DNA of 64,000 nucleotides, taken from the NCBI GenBank assembly GCA_001179505.1, contig CDMY01000759.1:124001-188000 (forward strand). The letters are read 5' to 3'. Both the position numbers and the translations under genes were made by a program. The DNA comes from Vitrella brassicaformis CCMP3155 (taxonomy: Eukaryota; Protista; Chromerida). Within the stretch, counting starts at the first letter, position 1, and every line of letters starts with the position of its first letter. A model generated the notes under the pieces. That model worked only from the letters and a program-made list of their open reading frames with translations. It did not search any database and was not told where the DNA came from. Shown piece after piece: positions 1 through 11,819 of the stretch.

Positions 1-264
1 GTCTGGCGCCAGCTGTCGTGCCCGGCGCGTCAGGGAAGTGGCTGACTCGGTGCTGGAAGTTCCCCCGTTCGCAGATGTAGCGGGGGGGATAAGGTGCAGC
101 CGGGCGGACATGTCTGACAGAGTGTCGCTTCGGGTGGATCTGGTCTCTTGATGAAAAGGGCTGTGAGGGGCAAGGCATACTTGGGAGCGATCAGAGGGCA
201 GAAAGTTCAGGCGGGGCGCCTCGGGAGGCGGGTCCGGGCACTCGGCAGCGGGAAGCATTGACAT
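1..264 (-). CDS. 5' end of a hypothetical protein gene running off the window start
   Basis: ATG at 264 opens an uninterrupted frame (MSMLPAAECPDPPPEAPRLNFLPSDRSQ...) to position 1; divergent from the gene at 609. Confidence 0.4.
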   Translation of the reverse strand, partial: MSMLPAAECPDPPPEAPRLNFLPSDRSQVCLAPHSPFHQETRSTRSDTLSDMSARLHLIPPATSANGGTSSTESATSLTRRARQLAPD

Positions 265-300
265 ATTTCGTGAGCAAAGGGTTCACAGATCGGCCTTCTA

Positions 301-308
301 AGCTCGCA
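301..308 (-). promoter_or_regulatory. TGCGAGCT candidate cis-element in divergent intergenic region
   Basis: agctcgca at 301-308, 37 bp upstream of ATG 264. Confidence 0.4.
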
Positions 309-608
309 AGCCAAAAAGTTCGTTTCACGCCAGCACGCCAGCCCTAAAACAGCAGGAGCGCGAAAGACGGCGCCGTCTTATGTACGCAGCCAGTCAGCGC
401 CAGCATCAGTCGTGGTGAGCTGCGTCGGCTTCGCGAGCAACAACTGACCAAGAGCGACATATACTTCGGGACCGCATTGCCAGCGGTACGTAAGTGGCCG
501 CCGCCACACGCCATTTGCGGCATGCATGAGTGCGCTGCATCGCATTCGCCATGCATGCGACCGCGTTGCCTTGATTTTTGCTGGTAGGTGTGGCAGCCGG
601 TGCTGAGC

Positions 609-3522
609 ATGAGGAAACTGCGGCTGCTGAGCATCGACACCGAGGCGGAGCTGGACGCCGGAGCAGGTGACGGAGGGAGGGAGGGAATCAGTGGGTGAGC
701 GAGGGGACGACGTGAGGGAATTCTGTCCGTTCCCTCCCTGTGTCTGTCGTATGCATTCTGCGCCAGCCAACCGCCCGTCGCCCAAGGGCAACCGCACCCA
801 CAGAATGGACCGCACAGACCCGCTCACTAACACCATATTCGAATACCACCAGGAGTACGTGCGATGCGCTAGCAATGGGGAGGGCTGCAGACGAGGCGAC
901 CATGCAAATCATCCTTCTCTGTGTGTGTCTGCTGTTTAGGAGGACGTCCGTTCGTATCTACGATTTGGGCGAGGCCAAGGGGAAGCTGCTGATAGGGAGC
1001 AGGGAGGCCGCACACGACACAAAGGTAAGTAATTCACGTACCCTTGTGTGCTGAGGGCGATATCGGCATCTGTGGTGACACATTGCTTTGTTTGCCTGTC
1101 CATCGGTCAGTTCCTCAAGACGGCCAAGGTCACCCATGTGTGCAACTTGGCGGCGGGCGACACGGCGGGGGGCGAGTACACATGCGCCTCCAAGGGCAAC
1201 GACCTGCCGGAGGTGACCTTCTACGACGTCAAAAATATGAAGGTGGGCGGACAAACACCACACACACACACACACACGCAGAAGGACGGGCAGTCGATAT
1301 CTCATTCTCTCCGTGTGTATGCAGGACGGCAGTGACGACGGGGTGCACAATTTCGCGACAGCTGGAGTCGCAGCCATAGACTTCTGCCTGAAAGCTCTCG
1401 AGGATCCGGAGACCACCCTGCTGATCCACTGCCGCGCCGGTGAGTGCGTGAGTGAGTCACTTGAGTCAGTGAGAGCCCATCCACTGGCTGCACCAACTAA
1501 CAGCCAGCCGACCAGTCAGATGCACACACCGCCCCACGCACACATACATGTGTCCTTGTCTGCGTGTCTGTTTGCTGCCCACACAGGCGTCTCCCGGACT
1601 GGCTGCATCGCTTCCTGTGTGTTGGCCGCGTTGAAGAAGGACACATACACACATAACCGAGGAGGGTCCGCCAGTGCCGCTGCCGCCGCGGTGCCGCTGC
1701 TGTGGACCATGGGAAGGGCAGGAGTTTGTTCGACACGGCATACGCCGAGGTGTGGATCGGATCGCTGCACACATGCACACATATGCTGCCTCATTCTCTG
1801 CGTGGCTGCTGCCTGCCTGCCTGGTGCAGGTCCGCGAGTACCGATCTATCGCGCCGAACGTCGGCCTCACTGAGGCGGGCAGACAGTGGTGCTCTACGAT
1901 GGCTGCTGAAGGTGCGTGTGCAGGCAGGCAGGCACTCATAGTGTGTTTCCTCCTCACCCTGCTCTGTGTGTCCTCCTCCGTCAGGTGCCGCCTTTGCCCG
2001 TGGTCCGCCCCCGCCCCCTCGTGGCGGAAGGCCCATGAAGTTGTTGTCGAAGGTGGACGAGATGGATGAGGAGAATGACCAGAGTAAGCAGATACGCACA
2101 CACCTATCGGTCACACCGACATACCCCTCATCTGCCGACGCGGTTGGCTGTCTGTCTGTCTGTCAGTGCCTCCCCCACTCCTCCCGCCCCCGGCCCCACG
2201 CGGCCGTCGTGTGGGCACGTTGTTGACCGATACGGACGAGGAGTCTGGCACACAGGATGAGTTGGCCGGCAAGGTCTTCAAGCCACCCGGCCGCTCACAT
2301 GGCTTCTTGAGGGAATCGTTGCACCGCTACGCCGATGACCATATGGAGGTTGACGACGGTAAGTGAGTGGAGTGACTGAGGAAACCCGACACAACTGTGT
2401 CCCTTCTCCGCAGGCTTGGCTCGTGTGGTGCCACCCAAGGCCTCAGGAGCTGCTGCGGCTGCTGCTGCTGGCCATGGTGACGACGAGGTGATGCAGGATG
2501 TTCATGCCAACGTGGGCGGCAGCCGCAAGCGGTACGTCGGCATAGAGACACACACACACGTATACACACACGCCCACAGTCACAGCCAAGCACCTGATGG
2601 ATTGTGTGTGTGTGTGATTTGTTGCAGGGGTGCCCTTGCCCGTGGTCCGCCCCCGCCCCCTCGTGGCGGAAGGCCCATGAAGTTGTTGTCGAAGATGGAC
2701 GAGATGGATGAGGAGAATGACCAGAGTAAGCAGATACGCACACACCTATCGGTCACACCGACATACCCCTCATCTGCCGACGCGGTTGGCTGTCTGTCTG
2801 TCTGTCTGTCTGTCAGTGCCTCCCCCACTCCTCCCGCCCCCGGCCCCACGCGGCCGTCGTGTGGGCACGTTGTTGACCAATACGGACGAGGAGTTTGGCA
2901 CACAGGATGAGTTGGCCGGCAAGGTCTTCAAGCCACCCGGCCGCTCACATGGCTTCTTGAGGGAATCGCTGCACCGCTACGCCGATGACCATATGGAGGT
3001 TGACGACGGTAAGTGAGTGGAGTGACTGAGGAAACCCGACACAACTGTGTCCCTTCTCCGCAGGCTTGGCTCGTGTGGTGCCACCCAAGGCCTCATGAGC
3101 TGCTGCGGCTGCTGCTGCTGGCCATGGTGACGACGAGGTGATGCAGGATGTTCATGCCAACGTGGGCGGCAGCCGCAAGCGGTACGCCGGCATAGAGACA
3201 CACACACACATATACACACACGCCCACATTCACGGCCAAGCACCTGATGGATTGTGTGTGTGTGTGTGTGTGTGGGATTTGTTGCAGGGGTGCGCCCGAG
3301 GACGACACCGAGTCAGACACAGAGCACCTCGGCGCGCGCAAGAAGCGCAAGCAGGACCACAACCAGCACCAGCAGCCCCCACCCAGCGGTGCGGCAGCGG
3401 CGGCGGCAGCTGGAGGAGCTGGCGCTGCAGCAGCAGGTGGACGGCGGCGAAGGGCGAGGAGGGAATACGAGAGGAAGTGGGAGCGCGTTGGCGGCCGCCT
3501 GCAGCGCATCGGACCTCAGTAG
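609..3522 (+). CDS. Dual-specificity protein phosphatase (DSP/PTP fold) with low-complexity C-terminal tail; multi-exon; apparent frameshift near 1690 and internal exon duplication
   Basis: Spliced GT-AG exons give KLLIGSREAAHDTKFLKTAKVTHVCNLA ... LLIHCRAGVSRTG (HCx5R catalytic loop across intron 1440-1586) ... TAYAEVREYRSIAPNVGL (DSP AY..V...R...PN motif); last exon ends at TAG 3522. Confidence 0.8.
1994..3292 (+). repeat. Tandem direct duplication of about 650 bp (copies about 1994-2636 and 2637-3292) spanning three exons and their introns
   Basis: Near-identical sequence at offset 642-650 (e.g. gcccgtggtccgcccccgccccctcgtggcggaagg at 1996 and 2638; gacgacggtaagtgagtgg with donors at 2359 and 3009). 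Confidence 0.95.
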
Positions 3523-5756
3523 CCTACCTAGTCTGTCTGTCTGTCTGTGTGCCTACCTACCTGCCTTGGCTTCGACGGGAGGGGGTGGGGTGCCTGGCAT
3601 AGCATGGCATGGCATGCTGTCTGTCTGTCTGTTGTGTGCATATATAGCACGGGAGTGATGTGATGTATGGCCGGTGCTGCCTGTGTGTTGTGGGTGAGCA
3701 AGCAAGCAAGGAAGGAAAGACTTCGATCGATGGCTTGATCAGATCACGCGACGACTCACTCCCTCACTCACCTGTCCCAAACCTAGTCTGTTTTGTTGAT
3801 GAGCACACGCGGCCTGCGCTCCTTGACGGCCGACTGCCAGCTCGTGCAAGAATGTGCCTTCGATCGTTCTTGGTGGCTGTGGTCATGGAGGGACAGACAG
3901 AGGCCGATGTCCCGACCGAAAGAGAGGAAAGACACAAAAGACATCTGCCTGCCTAGCTGCAGCTGCATGGACGGATGGATGGATGGACGGCTGGCTGGCT
4001 GTGAACAGTGTGTTCGTTGACGATGGTTGGGCATGGTTGGAGTCAGATGAGTGAGTGAGTGAGCACGGAATGGATGGAATGGCCAGATGGCCGGGGGGCG
4101 GTGATATTTTTTGTTTGGCACCCGCACACCACACCACCTCTGCCAGCACTAGTTGCCCCATTGCCGCTCTGACCTTTGGCCGCTCTCTGAGTGAGCTTGG
4201 GGACCGGGGCAGTGATGGGACAACCAGTGCTGGGAGGGGGAGGGGTGGTGCGTGCGGCCTGGGATGTGTGTCAGTGGACGGACGGACTGACCGACAAGAC
4301 AGACAGACAGACAACGGCTCGACTGACCGCTCCCCGTGCGGGTGAGCGGTGAGTGGATGGTGTGCACATGTGAGGCTGTTCATCGCTGCCCATGCTCAAT
4401 ATTTGTGCTCTCTCTCAGTCTATATGTAATGTGCTTTCCTTTGATGGCAGGCCATTTAGCCAATTGATAGGGCCATCTAATGTCGTGTGTTTTGTTTGTG
4501 AGTAGACCCACTGCTGCCTGGCTGTCCTCGGAGTGTGTGGCCACGTTCTCTCTCCCCGTGGATCCGTGCTCCGCAATTCGTTTGCCCTCTCTCTCTCACA
4601 CGCACGCACCTGCCTGGCTGGCTGTCTGCCTTTCTTCCACTCCGTGTGTGTGCGCCCCAGAGCGGCTGTGTGCGCGTGTAGTGCTGTTTCGTGCGTGCCT
4701 CTGTGTGTGAATGGCGGCTCTGCGTGTGTGCCGATCGTGTGTTGTACAGACGTGCGAATTAACGGACGGCTGGCTGCGTTTGAGCGTGTATGTGAGGACG
4801 GGCGAGGCTGCGTTCGTTGATGTGTAGGCGGGATGTGTCAGCGGGTGGTGCATGGCTGGGTGCCGGCTGACACGGACGTGTAAAATGGTTTGGTGGGCTA
4901 ACATGACGCGTACGCACGTGAGACGCCCTCGCTCCTTGCCTGCCATTCAGCACCAGCGCACCAAACCAAAAGACTGGCCAAGAGACCGTGGCAGGTCCTT
5001 CTTTAGTTGGCCATTCGTGTGCCCGTGTGCAGTGGGTTTCCACTCGGGGGATCACCAGCCTGAGGGAGCTCGCGGTTGCCACTGAAAGCAAACACTGCGC
5101 CAGCCGTTCATCTCCATGACGCTGCACGCAACGGATGAGTGAGCGCAAGTCGCCTTGAAGTTGACGTCGAGAAAAGAGACGGCCGAGACGCGCGTTATTT
5201 TTTCCATTTTCTACAGCGCACGATTTCGTCCTGCACAGCATCACCACCGGACCTTCAGCTCCATCACGCCCTCATGCACATGCAGAGTTCTCGAGGCGTG
5301 AGGGTCCGCATCGCCACGGGACTCCGCGCCACGTACACGACTTCCGACTGCGAATAAGGACACACAAGTGGGATGACACACGCAAATGGATGGATGGCTC
5401 ATTGATGGTGTGGTGCGTGTGGATGAATGCAGCAACACCAGCAGCCCTCCCCAGCCAGCCTGTCGGGCCACGGCCACCACGCCGCCACTTGGGCACCACG
5501 CGCACACAGGACGGCCTGACAGTGTAAGCCGGGCGATGGATGGACACATGGGCTGGGCGATGCTTAGATGGATGGGTCTGTGCCTGTGTGCAGGGTCCTG
5601 GTATGTGCAGCTCGACCCGAATGGTGCAGTACGGCAAATACCAACCACTCCGTCGATGTGCGGCCGTGTTATTGTTGTTGTTGTTGGTGTTGTTGTGTGG
5701 CTGGGTGTGTTGTGTCGCTCAGTTGTTTTTCTTGGTTGCTTTTGCCATCCCCTGCC

Positions 5757-6186
5757 CCCCCTCCCTCGTGGCCAGCCAGCCAGTTAGTCGTCCGTCACTC
5801 AATCAGTCAATCACTCCCTCCCTCCCCGTGTGATTCAGTCCACGCACAAACCAGCCCAGCTCAGCCCTCTCTTGATGACCCCCTCTAGTCTCTACTGCGC
5901 ACGGACTTCCCCCCTCTGTCTCAACCGTTCGCACACCCACACACCCTCACACGCATCGAACACAGACAGCAGCGGTTTGTCTGTCTGGTGTGCTGCCTGC
6001 CTGGGGTGCGCGGGTGATATGATGGGAGCCGTAGTGGTGGTGGTGGTATGCCCTCCCTCGTGGCCTGTCAGTCAGTCAGTCTTCCGTCCGTCACCCACTC
6101 AGTCAATCACGCACTCAGTCCCGTGTGATTCATTCCACGCACAAACCAGCCCCGCCCAGCCCTCTCTTGGTGACCCCCTCCACTCT
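5757..6186 (+). repeat. Imperfect direct repeat pair of about 130 bp (5757-5887 and 6051-6186)
   Basis: Shared ccctccctcgtggcc...cgtccgtcac...cccgtgtgattca.tccacgcacaaaccagccc...cagccctctcttg.tgaccccct. Confidence 0.85.
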
Positions 6187-6387
6187 CTGTCGATGGCGTT
6201 TGTTGTTTTCCCGTGGCTGCATGCCTCACTGGATGGCTGGTGGATGGCCACCCCTCTCGCTCTCTAGCCCGTTGTCCACCGTCTCGCTAAGCACACCATC
6301 TGAGATTCGTAGCTAGTTGAGTGAGCGTGAGATTCGATAGCAAAGCGTCCGTATCATTCCTTCCAGACGAACCACTGGCAGGCCCGC

Positions 6388-7024
6388 CAGCCCAGCCATC
6401 TCGTCTCTTCTGGATGCATGATGTTTGTCGTCTTTTGCTTTCGTCGTCGGTTGGTTTCTTCGCTGGCGGTGTTGTTGGATGGAAAGCCTATGCGGTGCAC
6501 AATGGATGGATGGATGGATGGCTCACTGATGGCTCTGGTGTGAATCACGATGGACACGTGTTGATGGACTGACTGACTGACGTTCACGCACATATGTATG
6601 GTGAAGTCTGTCTGGTGTGCTGTCTGTGTTGATGCGTAAGGGCAGCGAGGAAGATGGGTGGGGAATCTCTGCCTACATTTTATATTTCCATGTTTCATAT
6701 TTTCATGACGACGTTGAAGGGGACAGCCACCCATCGGGCTGAGACACAAGCCCAGGGAGGACGATAATTGGATGTCTCTAATGTCTCGGTGCGTCCATTC
6801 ATGAGTGCACTCACGTGGCTTTCGACCGAGCATTTGTACACACACCAAGCAAAAAGGAAGAACCATGCCCAGCCCTGTCGTCTCTTCTGGATGCATGGTC
6901 AGCGACGGTGTAGTTGGATGGAGAGACTATGCGGTGCACAATGGATGGATGGATGGATGGCTCTGGTGTGAATCACGATGGACACGTGTTGATGGACTGA
7001 CTGACTGACGTTCACGCACATATG
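6388..7024 (+). repeat. Imperfect direct repeat pair of about 160-200 bp (6388-6596 and 6868-7024)
   Basis: Shared gcccagcc...cgtctcttctggatgcatg ... ctatgcggtgcacaatggatggatggatggatggctc ... ctggtgtgaatcacgatggacacgtgttgatggactgactgactgacgttcacgcacatatg. Confidence 0.9.
6661..6799 (+). repeat. Dispersed AT-richer repeat, copy 1 (inverted partner at 42918-43072)
   Basis: Blocks tctctgcctacattttatattt, tgtttcatattt, catgacgac, gggacagcca, ccatcgggctgagacacaag and tctctaatgtctcggt recur in reverse complement and the same order at 42918-43072. Confidence 0.85.
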
Positions 7025-7520
7025 GATGGATGGATGGATTATGGAGGATGGAGCACAGACGGACTTGACACACACACATACACCCCTCACGCCGCCACAC
7101 CCACACACGCATCGAACCCAGCAGCATTGAACACTCGACCGCAAACGGCGCAGAGAGAGAGAGAGAGAGAGAGCGAAGGGTTGAGAGATTAAGCGCGTCT
7201 GTCCGCGCACGAAGCCGTCCTTTCGCATATCGTGCAAGACACACACACATCCGCTGCACACGTCATGCAGAGCGCTGCCCTCGCGTCGACCGACAGTTCT
7301 CACCAAGGTACACCAGCCAGGCGTTGCATCAGATTCTGTTCCATCTTCGTAATTATCCATTCCTTTGCTCTGTGCCTGCCAAATCAGTAGAGGCGTCCGC
7401 CTCTCTGGTAGGCAGCGGCACTTGCTCGACTCGCACCACGACCGCCGCGGGACACGACGCGACGCTGATCCATCTGCATCCAATCCAGAGAGAGAGAGAG
7501 AGACAATAGAGAGGTCACCT

Positions 7521-9257
7521 TCAGGATGGCCGTACATGGGCTGCGGCTTGCTGGCCAGGACGTACCCTTCTTGACGATGGCTGTGCCTCCCGCGCCCTCA
7601 CCGACAGGGGCTGCGGCCCCACCGCTCTCTTGCCCCTCGTATGTGCCTCTCTGTCACGCCGTGGCTGCATGGGCACATACACACGTAAGCGCAGAGGTGT
7701 CGACCGCCCGGCGATGGATGGCTTTTGGTCACAGCAGCTCACCGAAGGGGCCTGCCCGTTGGTCTGCGTCGCTGACTGGTCCAGTGTCTCAATCCCCCCT
7801 CCTCTTTGTTCCACCGTTTCCGCCTGTCAAGGAGATTCACAGAACAGAGAGACATTGATATCAGTGCCACTGCTTGTCGATCTTCTCCTCTTACCTGCGT
7901 GAAACGGTTGTCGGCATGAGGGTCACCTTCACCAAAGTGCAGCCCATCAGATTCTGCTGCAAACAAAGTAACGAGGGAGGGAGGGAGGGAGGCATGAGGT
8001 TTCGGATGCCCTTGTTGATTGTGTATATCTGCTTACGGCTCCCGATGTGCTGCTGCAGGTCCTCCCACTCCCCATACACACCCTCAGCAACACGACTGTC
8101 GGCAACACGACCGTCAACCTGCTCCTGGCAACACGTGGCGACAGTGATGATGAATCGACCATGTGGCGTGGCAGCCCTTTCGCGGCTTCTGCTCACCCTC
8201 TTTCTGCTTGCAGCTTCCTGGATGGCGGCGAGCCTCGCCTGGTGCTCCTCCGATATCTCAGTGAGTTGCTCCAGCGTCAGTGCATCCAGGATCTGCTCAT
8301 CCGTCATGGTGTACGGCTCACGTGGCTGACGGGGACTCGGCTGCACAACTGAACACACACCACCAGATTATGTGTCGGTCATTTCCCCTGGCTCTCGAGC
8401 CGACCCTGGTGACGGCGCGGCGAAGGGCCTGCCGCTGATGTGCCAGGAACAAGCCTGGCAGAAGGAGGCTTCGCGCCTGCATTAGAGGAATGGGAATCAG
8501 GCAGACCATGTGGTGTCTCCTTTCTCCCCCACGCACACACACTTGTTTTGAGGTTGGTCCCTTGTCTGGGCACGGGCGGTTTGGTGTGGCGAGGATATCG
8601 AGGCCGGTCCATTCGGGCCTTTTGGACCTCGCTGAGTTCTTGCGCCGTCTGCTCTTCGTACATTTGGGATTGCTGCCATACACAGAGACAGAGAGAGAGG
8701 ATATGGAAGGCCGGCTACTTAGTGTGCAGTGCAGGGTGAACTCACCCGAAGTCTCAACATCCATATCTCTTCCATCTTCTCAGCCTTCATGACCCTCAGA
8801 CGGGCGGCCCTGCAGGGAGGGAGGGATACATACGCACAGAGACAGGCAGACAGACAGACAGACATGGATGGATGGATGTGGCTCTCTCTCTGTGTGGGTG
8901 CGTGGGTGTGTTATGGGGGGTTGGTCTGCTTACTCCACTTGGTGTTCGACTTCGTGACACTTGACAGCGTTGGATGCCATTCGCTCGGCCACCTCAGTAT
9001 CCTGATGTGAGGCAACCGCCACATGAGAGCGTCCACCTGTCTCTACATCGTGTCTCGTCTCACCCTCTTGAGCATGGTGATCCGTTTGGTTTCCTTGGCT
9101 ACTTCCTTTGCTTTTTCCACCCTGGCCACCCGCTGCACATAGGTGCTGTATCTTTTGTCTTGCATCGTCCCCACACGACCATGGTGCTCTTTCCGCAGCC
9201 GATCGGCCTCAAGCGCCCGCAGCAGATTGACACGGTGACGTGCCTCCTACACACACA

Positions 9258-9298
<41 letters not shown>

Positions 9299-9960
9299 GC
9301 GCAGGGGTTCGGCTGGCTGATCAATCTGTCTCTGTGTCTGTGTGTGTGCGTATGTGCGTACCTCAATGGCCTGCTGGTTCTCGTATGTGCGTGCGGCGGC
9401 CCTCTGTCGCTTCTTGTCCTGCTCGAGGAACTGGCACTCCTTCCGCCACTGGTGTTGCACGACCTTCAGCCGATTTCTCTCACGAGCAACCTCTATCTGC
9501 CGGAGTTTTTCTCTGTTCTGGGCTATCTCCTGCTGGATCTTGGCGTCGACTTTCTGAAGGGGAGAGCAGGGCAGACACACCCACGTGTGTGCAGATCTGC
9601 AGTGAGGGAAGGCCCACACGTTTTGTCCCTCACTCACTTTAAGGTGCTCGACTCTCGTTTGCATAGCCTTCAAGGTCATCTGGCAGTCTTTCTGTGGACG
9701 AACAGCCACCAAGCCAAACCATCAGACAGATGGATAAAAGATCTGTCAGTGCAGGTAGGTGCCGTCTCCCTCACCTTGAAGTAGTTCATTTTGCTGACAT
9801 CCACTCGGCCGGCGTCGGTTATCTTCTGCCCCTCCTCGGACGGCCTGCGCATGGCAATCCAGGCCTGGTACTCCGGCCAGCACGGAGGCAGCCACCACTC
9901 GTCGGGCGGGGGGTTATCGCCGGGATGCAGCTCCTCGGGATGCTCCATGATAGCTTCCAT
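7521..9960 (-). CDS. Hypothetical multi-exon protein with central coiled-coil region
   Basis: ATG 9960 (MEAIMEHPEELHPGDNPPPDEWWLPPCWPEYQAW...); consecutive GT-AG exons join in frame (KDCQMTLKAMQTRVEHLK / KVDAKIQQEIAQNREKLRQIEVARER... / PSPRQPREPYTMTDEQILDALTLEQL / ESDGLHFGEGDPHADNRFTQ); stop at 7521. Confidence 0.6.
9249..9298. repeat. Compound intronic microsatellite (AC)n(AG)n; representative of pervasive intronic simple repeats
   Basis: acacac...acagagag...agag directly visible; similar tracts at 28955-28976, 36415-36450 and 62557-62599. Confidence 0.95.
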
Positions 9961-10025
9961 CTCGCCGCTTTGCAAAGAAGAAATGCTCTTTTCCGCCGTT
10001 CTCCTTTTCTTTTCCCCTTTTCCGT

Positions 10026-10058
10026 TGCGAGCTTAGCGGGAAACCCCCCAAGCTCGCA
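10026..10058. promoter_or_regulatory. Inverted pair of TGCGAGCT(T) elements in divergent intergenic region
   Basis: tgcgagctt (10026-10034) and aagctcgca (10050-10058) between ATGs 9960(-) and 10190(+). Confidence 0.5.
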
Positions 10059-10189
10059 CTGGTGTTCCCGTCTTCTCATTCCGACGAGCATTTGCGCCTC
10101 ACGCAGCCTGTGAAGAGGAGCTGTGAGTTCTGCGCATCTCCAAATCGCATCGCCGCTCTGCGAGGACATCTCACGCGCCGTCAGCCAGC

Positions 10190-11819
10190 ATGTCATCCAC
10201 AGGCGGGCTGAAGGCATACCATCTTCTCATCGCGGGGGGTGAGCAGCGACGAGGCGCGTCGAGACAGGCCTGCACAATGCATTGCTGATGTGTGTGTCGT
10301 GTGGTGCGTGATGTGTGGTGTGCAGGTGCGGCGGCAGCGGTGGGCGGTCTTGTTTGGTATCTGTTGAAGGACGACAAGGAGGAGGTGGCGGAGAAGGAGG
10401 CCAAAGACCCCGAGAAGAAACTCACTGTCGACACGGTCGGTGCGGTGGCGGTGCGGTCTGGGGCACAGCACAGACGTAGTTAGGGGGAGGCTCCTGTGTG
10501 TCAGTCATTATTGTGGCCATGCATGCGCTGCGCTGCGCTGCGCGCTGTGTGTTTTATGAGAATGCGTGTGTGCGTGTGTTTGTGTGTTTGTGTGTTTAGG
10601 CTACGAAGGGCCAGGTGGTGGAGATCTTGAATGAGATCCTCAAGTCGCAGGAGAAGATGAAGGGCATCATGAAGGAACTCACCACCAGCATGGTCAAGGC
10701 CAACGTCGCGTAAGGGAGGGACCGCTCTCGCACTAGCTATGATGGGCCCCTTTCTCACCGGCCGTCCTCATGTGGGTTCTTCTGCTGTGCTGTGGGTCTT
10801 GACCAGTTTTGAGGAGGCCTATCAGCGTGTCAAGAACGTGCAGCCATCAGACCCTCTCGAGAGGTCAGCAAGCTAATGGACGAGAGAAGTGTTTGTGATG
10901 CCCGCCGTTTCACGTCAGGTACGGTCTGAGCATGACCGACTTCGACCAGCTCCTTGACAGATACCAAAACGACCCAGGTCAACACCCCCACACACACCCA
11001 CACACGAACTTGTCGATGAATGTCAGAAATCGGTTGCCTGTGGAATGTTGTGTTGTGTTGTGTTGTGTTGTGTGTTGTTCAGCGGTTCGTGAGTCGATAG
11101 CCCAGATTATGGGTGCGGGGGGGCCGGCGGGGACGAGCGGTCCGATCAGCCAGAAGGCGCACAGTCTGCAGAAGGACGTCATCATCAAGGTCCACCAGTT
11201 TATGCTCCAGGAACTCAGATCAATCGTCGAACAGTTCCAAGTGAGCACCCCACACTCACACCCCCACCCACCCACACAGCCCCCCGACCCCACCCATGTG
11301 TGTGATGGGATGGATGGATGGATGTGTCGGTGCCGTGCATCGCTTCCATCAGAAGTTGGGCAACAAGTCGTCGTACGACATGAGGACGGTGACGATTGCG
11401 GCCCAGGCGCTGGTGGGCGCCAAGGTGGAGGAGAAGTTCAACCTCACCTCAGAGGACATAGAGGGCGCCGTCCTGCTCAACCACGCGCAACTCGCCGTGG
11501 TATGTCTGTCTGCCTGTGAGGGGAGGGGGAGCTCTCAACGCAAGGGAGGGAGGTCGTCGATCAACCAGTACTGACTGTGGTTTATGTAATGTGTCTGCCT
11601 GCCTGACGTCAGGACCCCGAGTTTGGTCGCATCAACGTGCAGATGCAGGACACGATGACACACCTGATGGGGTGAGCCAAGATGAAGAGAGCGAACGTCA
11701 CCCGACTGGCCAACACATGAACGCCCTTGACGCCTGCCTGCCTGTCTTCCCCTGTGTGTGTGTCTGTGGCTGTGCCTCGCAGTATGGACGGTGTCGGTGG
11801 TTTTGGCGGTTTTTTCTGA
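10190..11819 (+). CDS. Hypothetical alpha-helical protein with N-terminal transmembrane signal-anchor (about 260 aa, 9 exons)
   Basis: Spliced frame MSSTGGLKAYHLLIAGGAAAAVGGLVWYLLKDDKEE...DPLERYGLSMTDFDQLLDRYQNDP...FNLTSEDIEGAVLLNHAQLAVDPEFGRINVQMQDTMTHLMGMDGVGGFGGFF*; canonical splice sites. Confidence 0.8.

Noticed and set aside
3096-3098. TGA as selenocysteine or programmed readthrough
   Set aside because: It replaces a Gly codon in a low-complexity duplicated exon; no Cys homology and no SECIS evidence
4759-5650. Possible small gene (ORFs 4759-5247, 5139-5357; AGCTCGCG at 5067)
   Set aside because: No coherent exon chain or recognisable domain could be built on either strand
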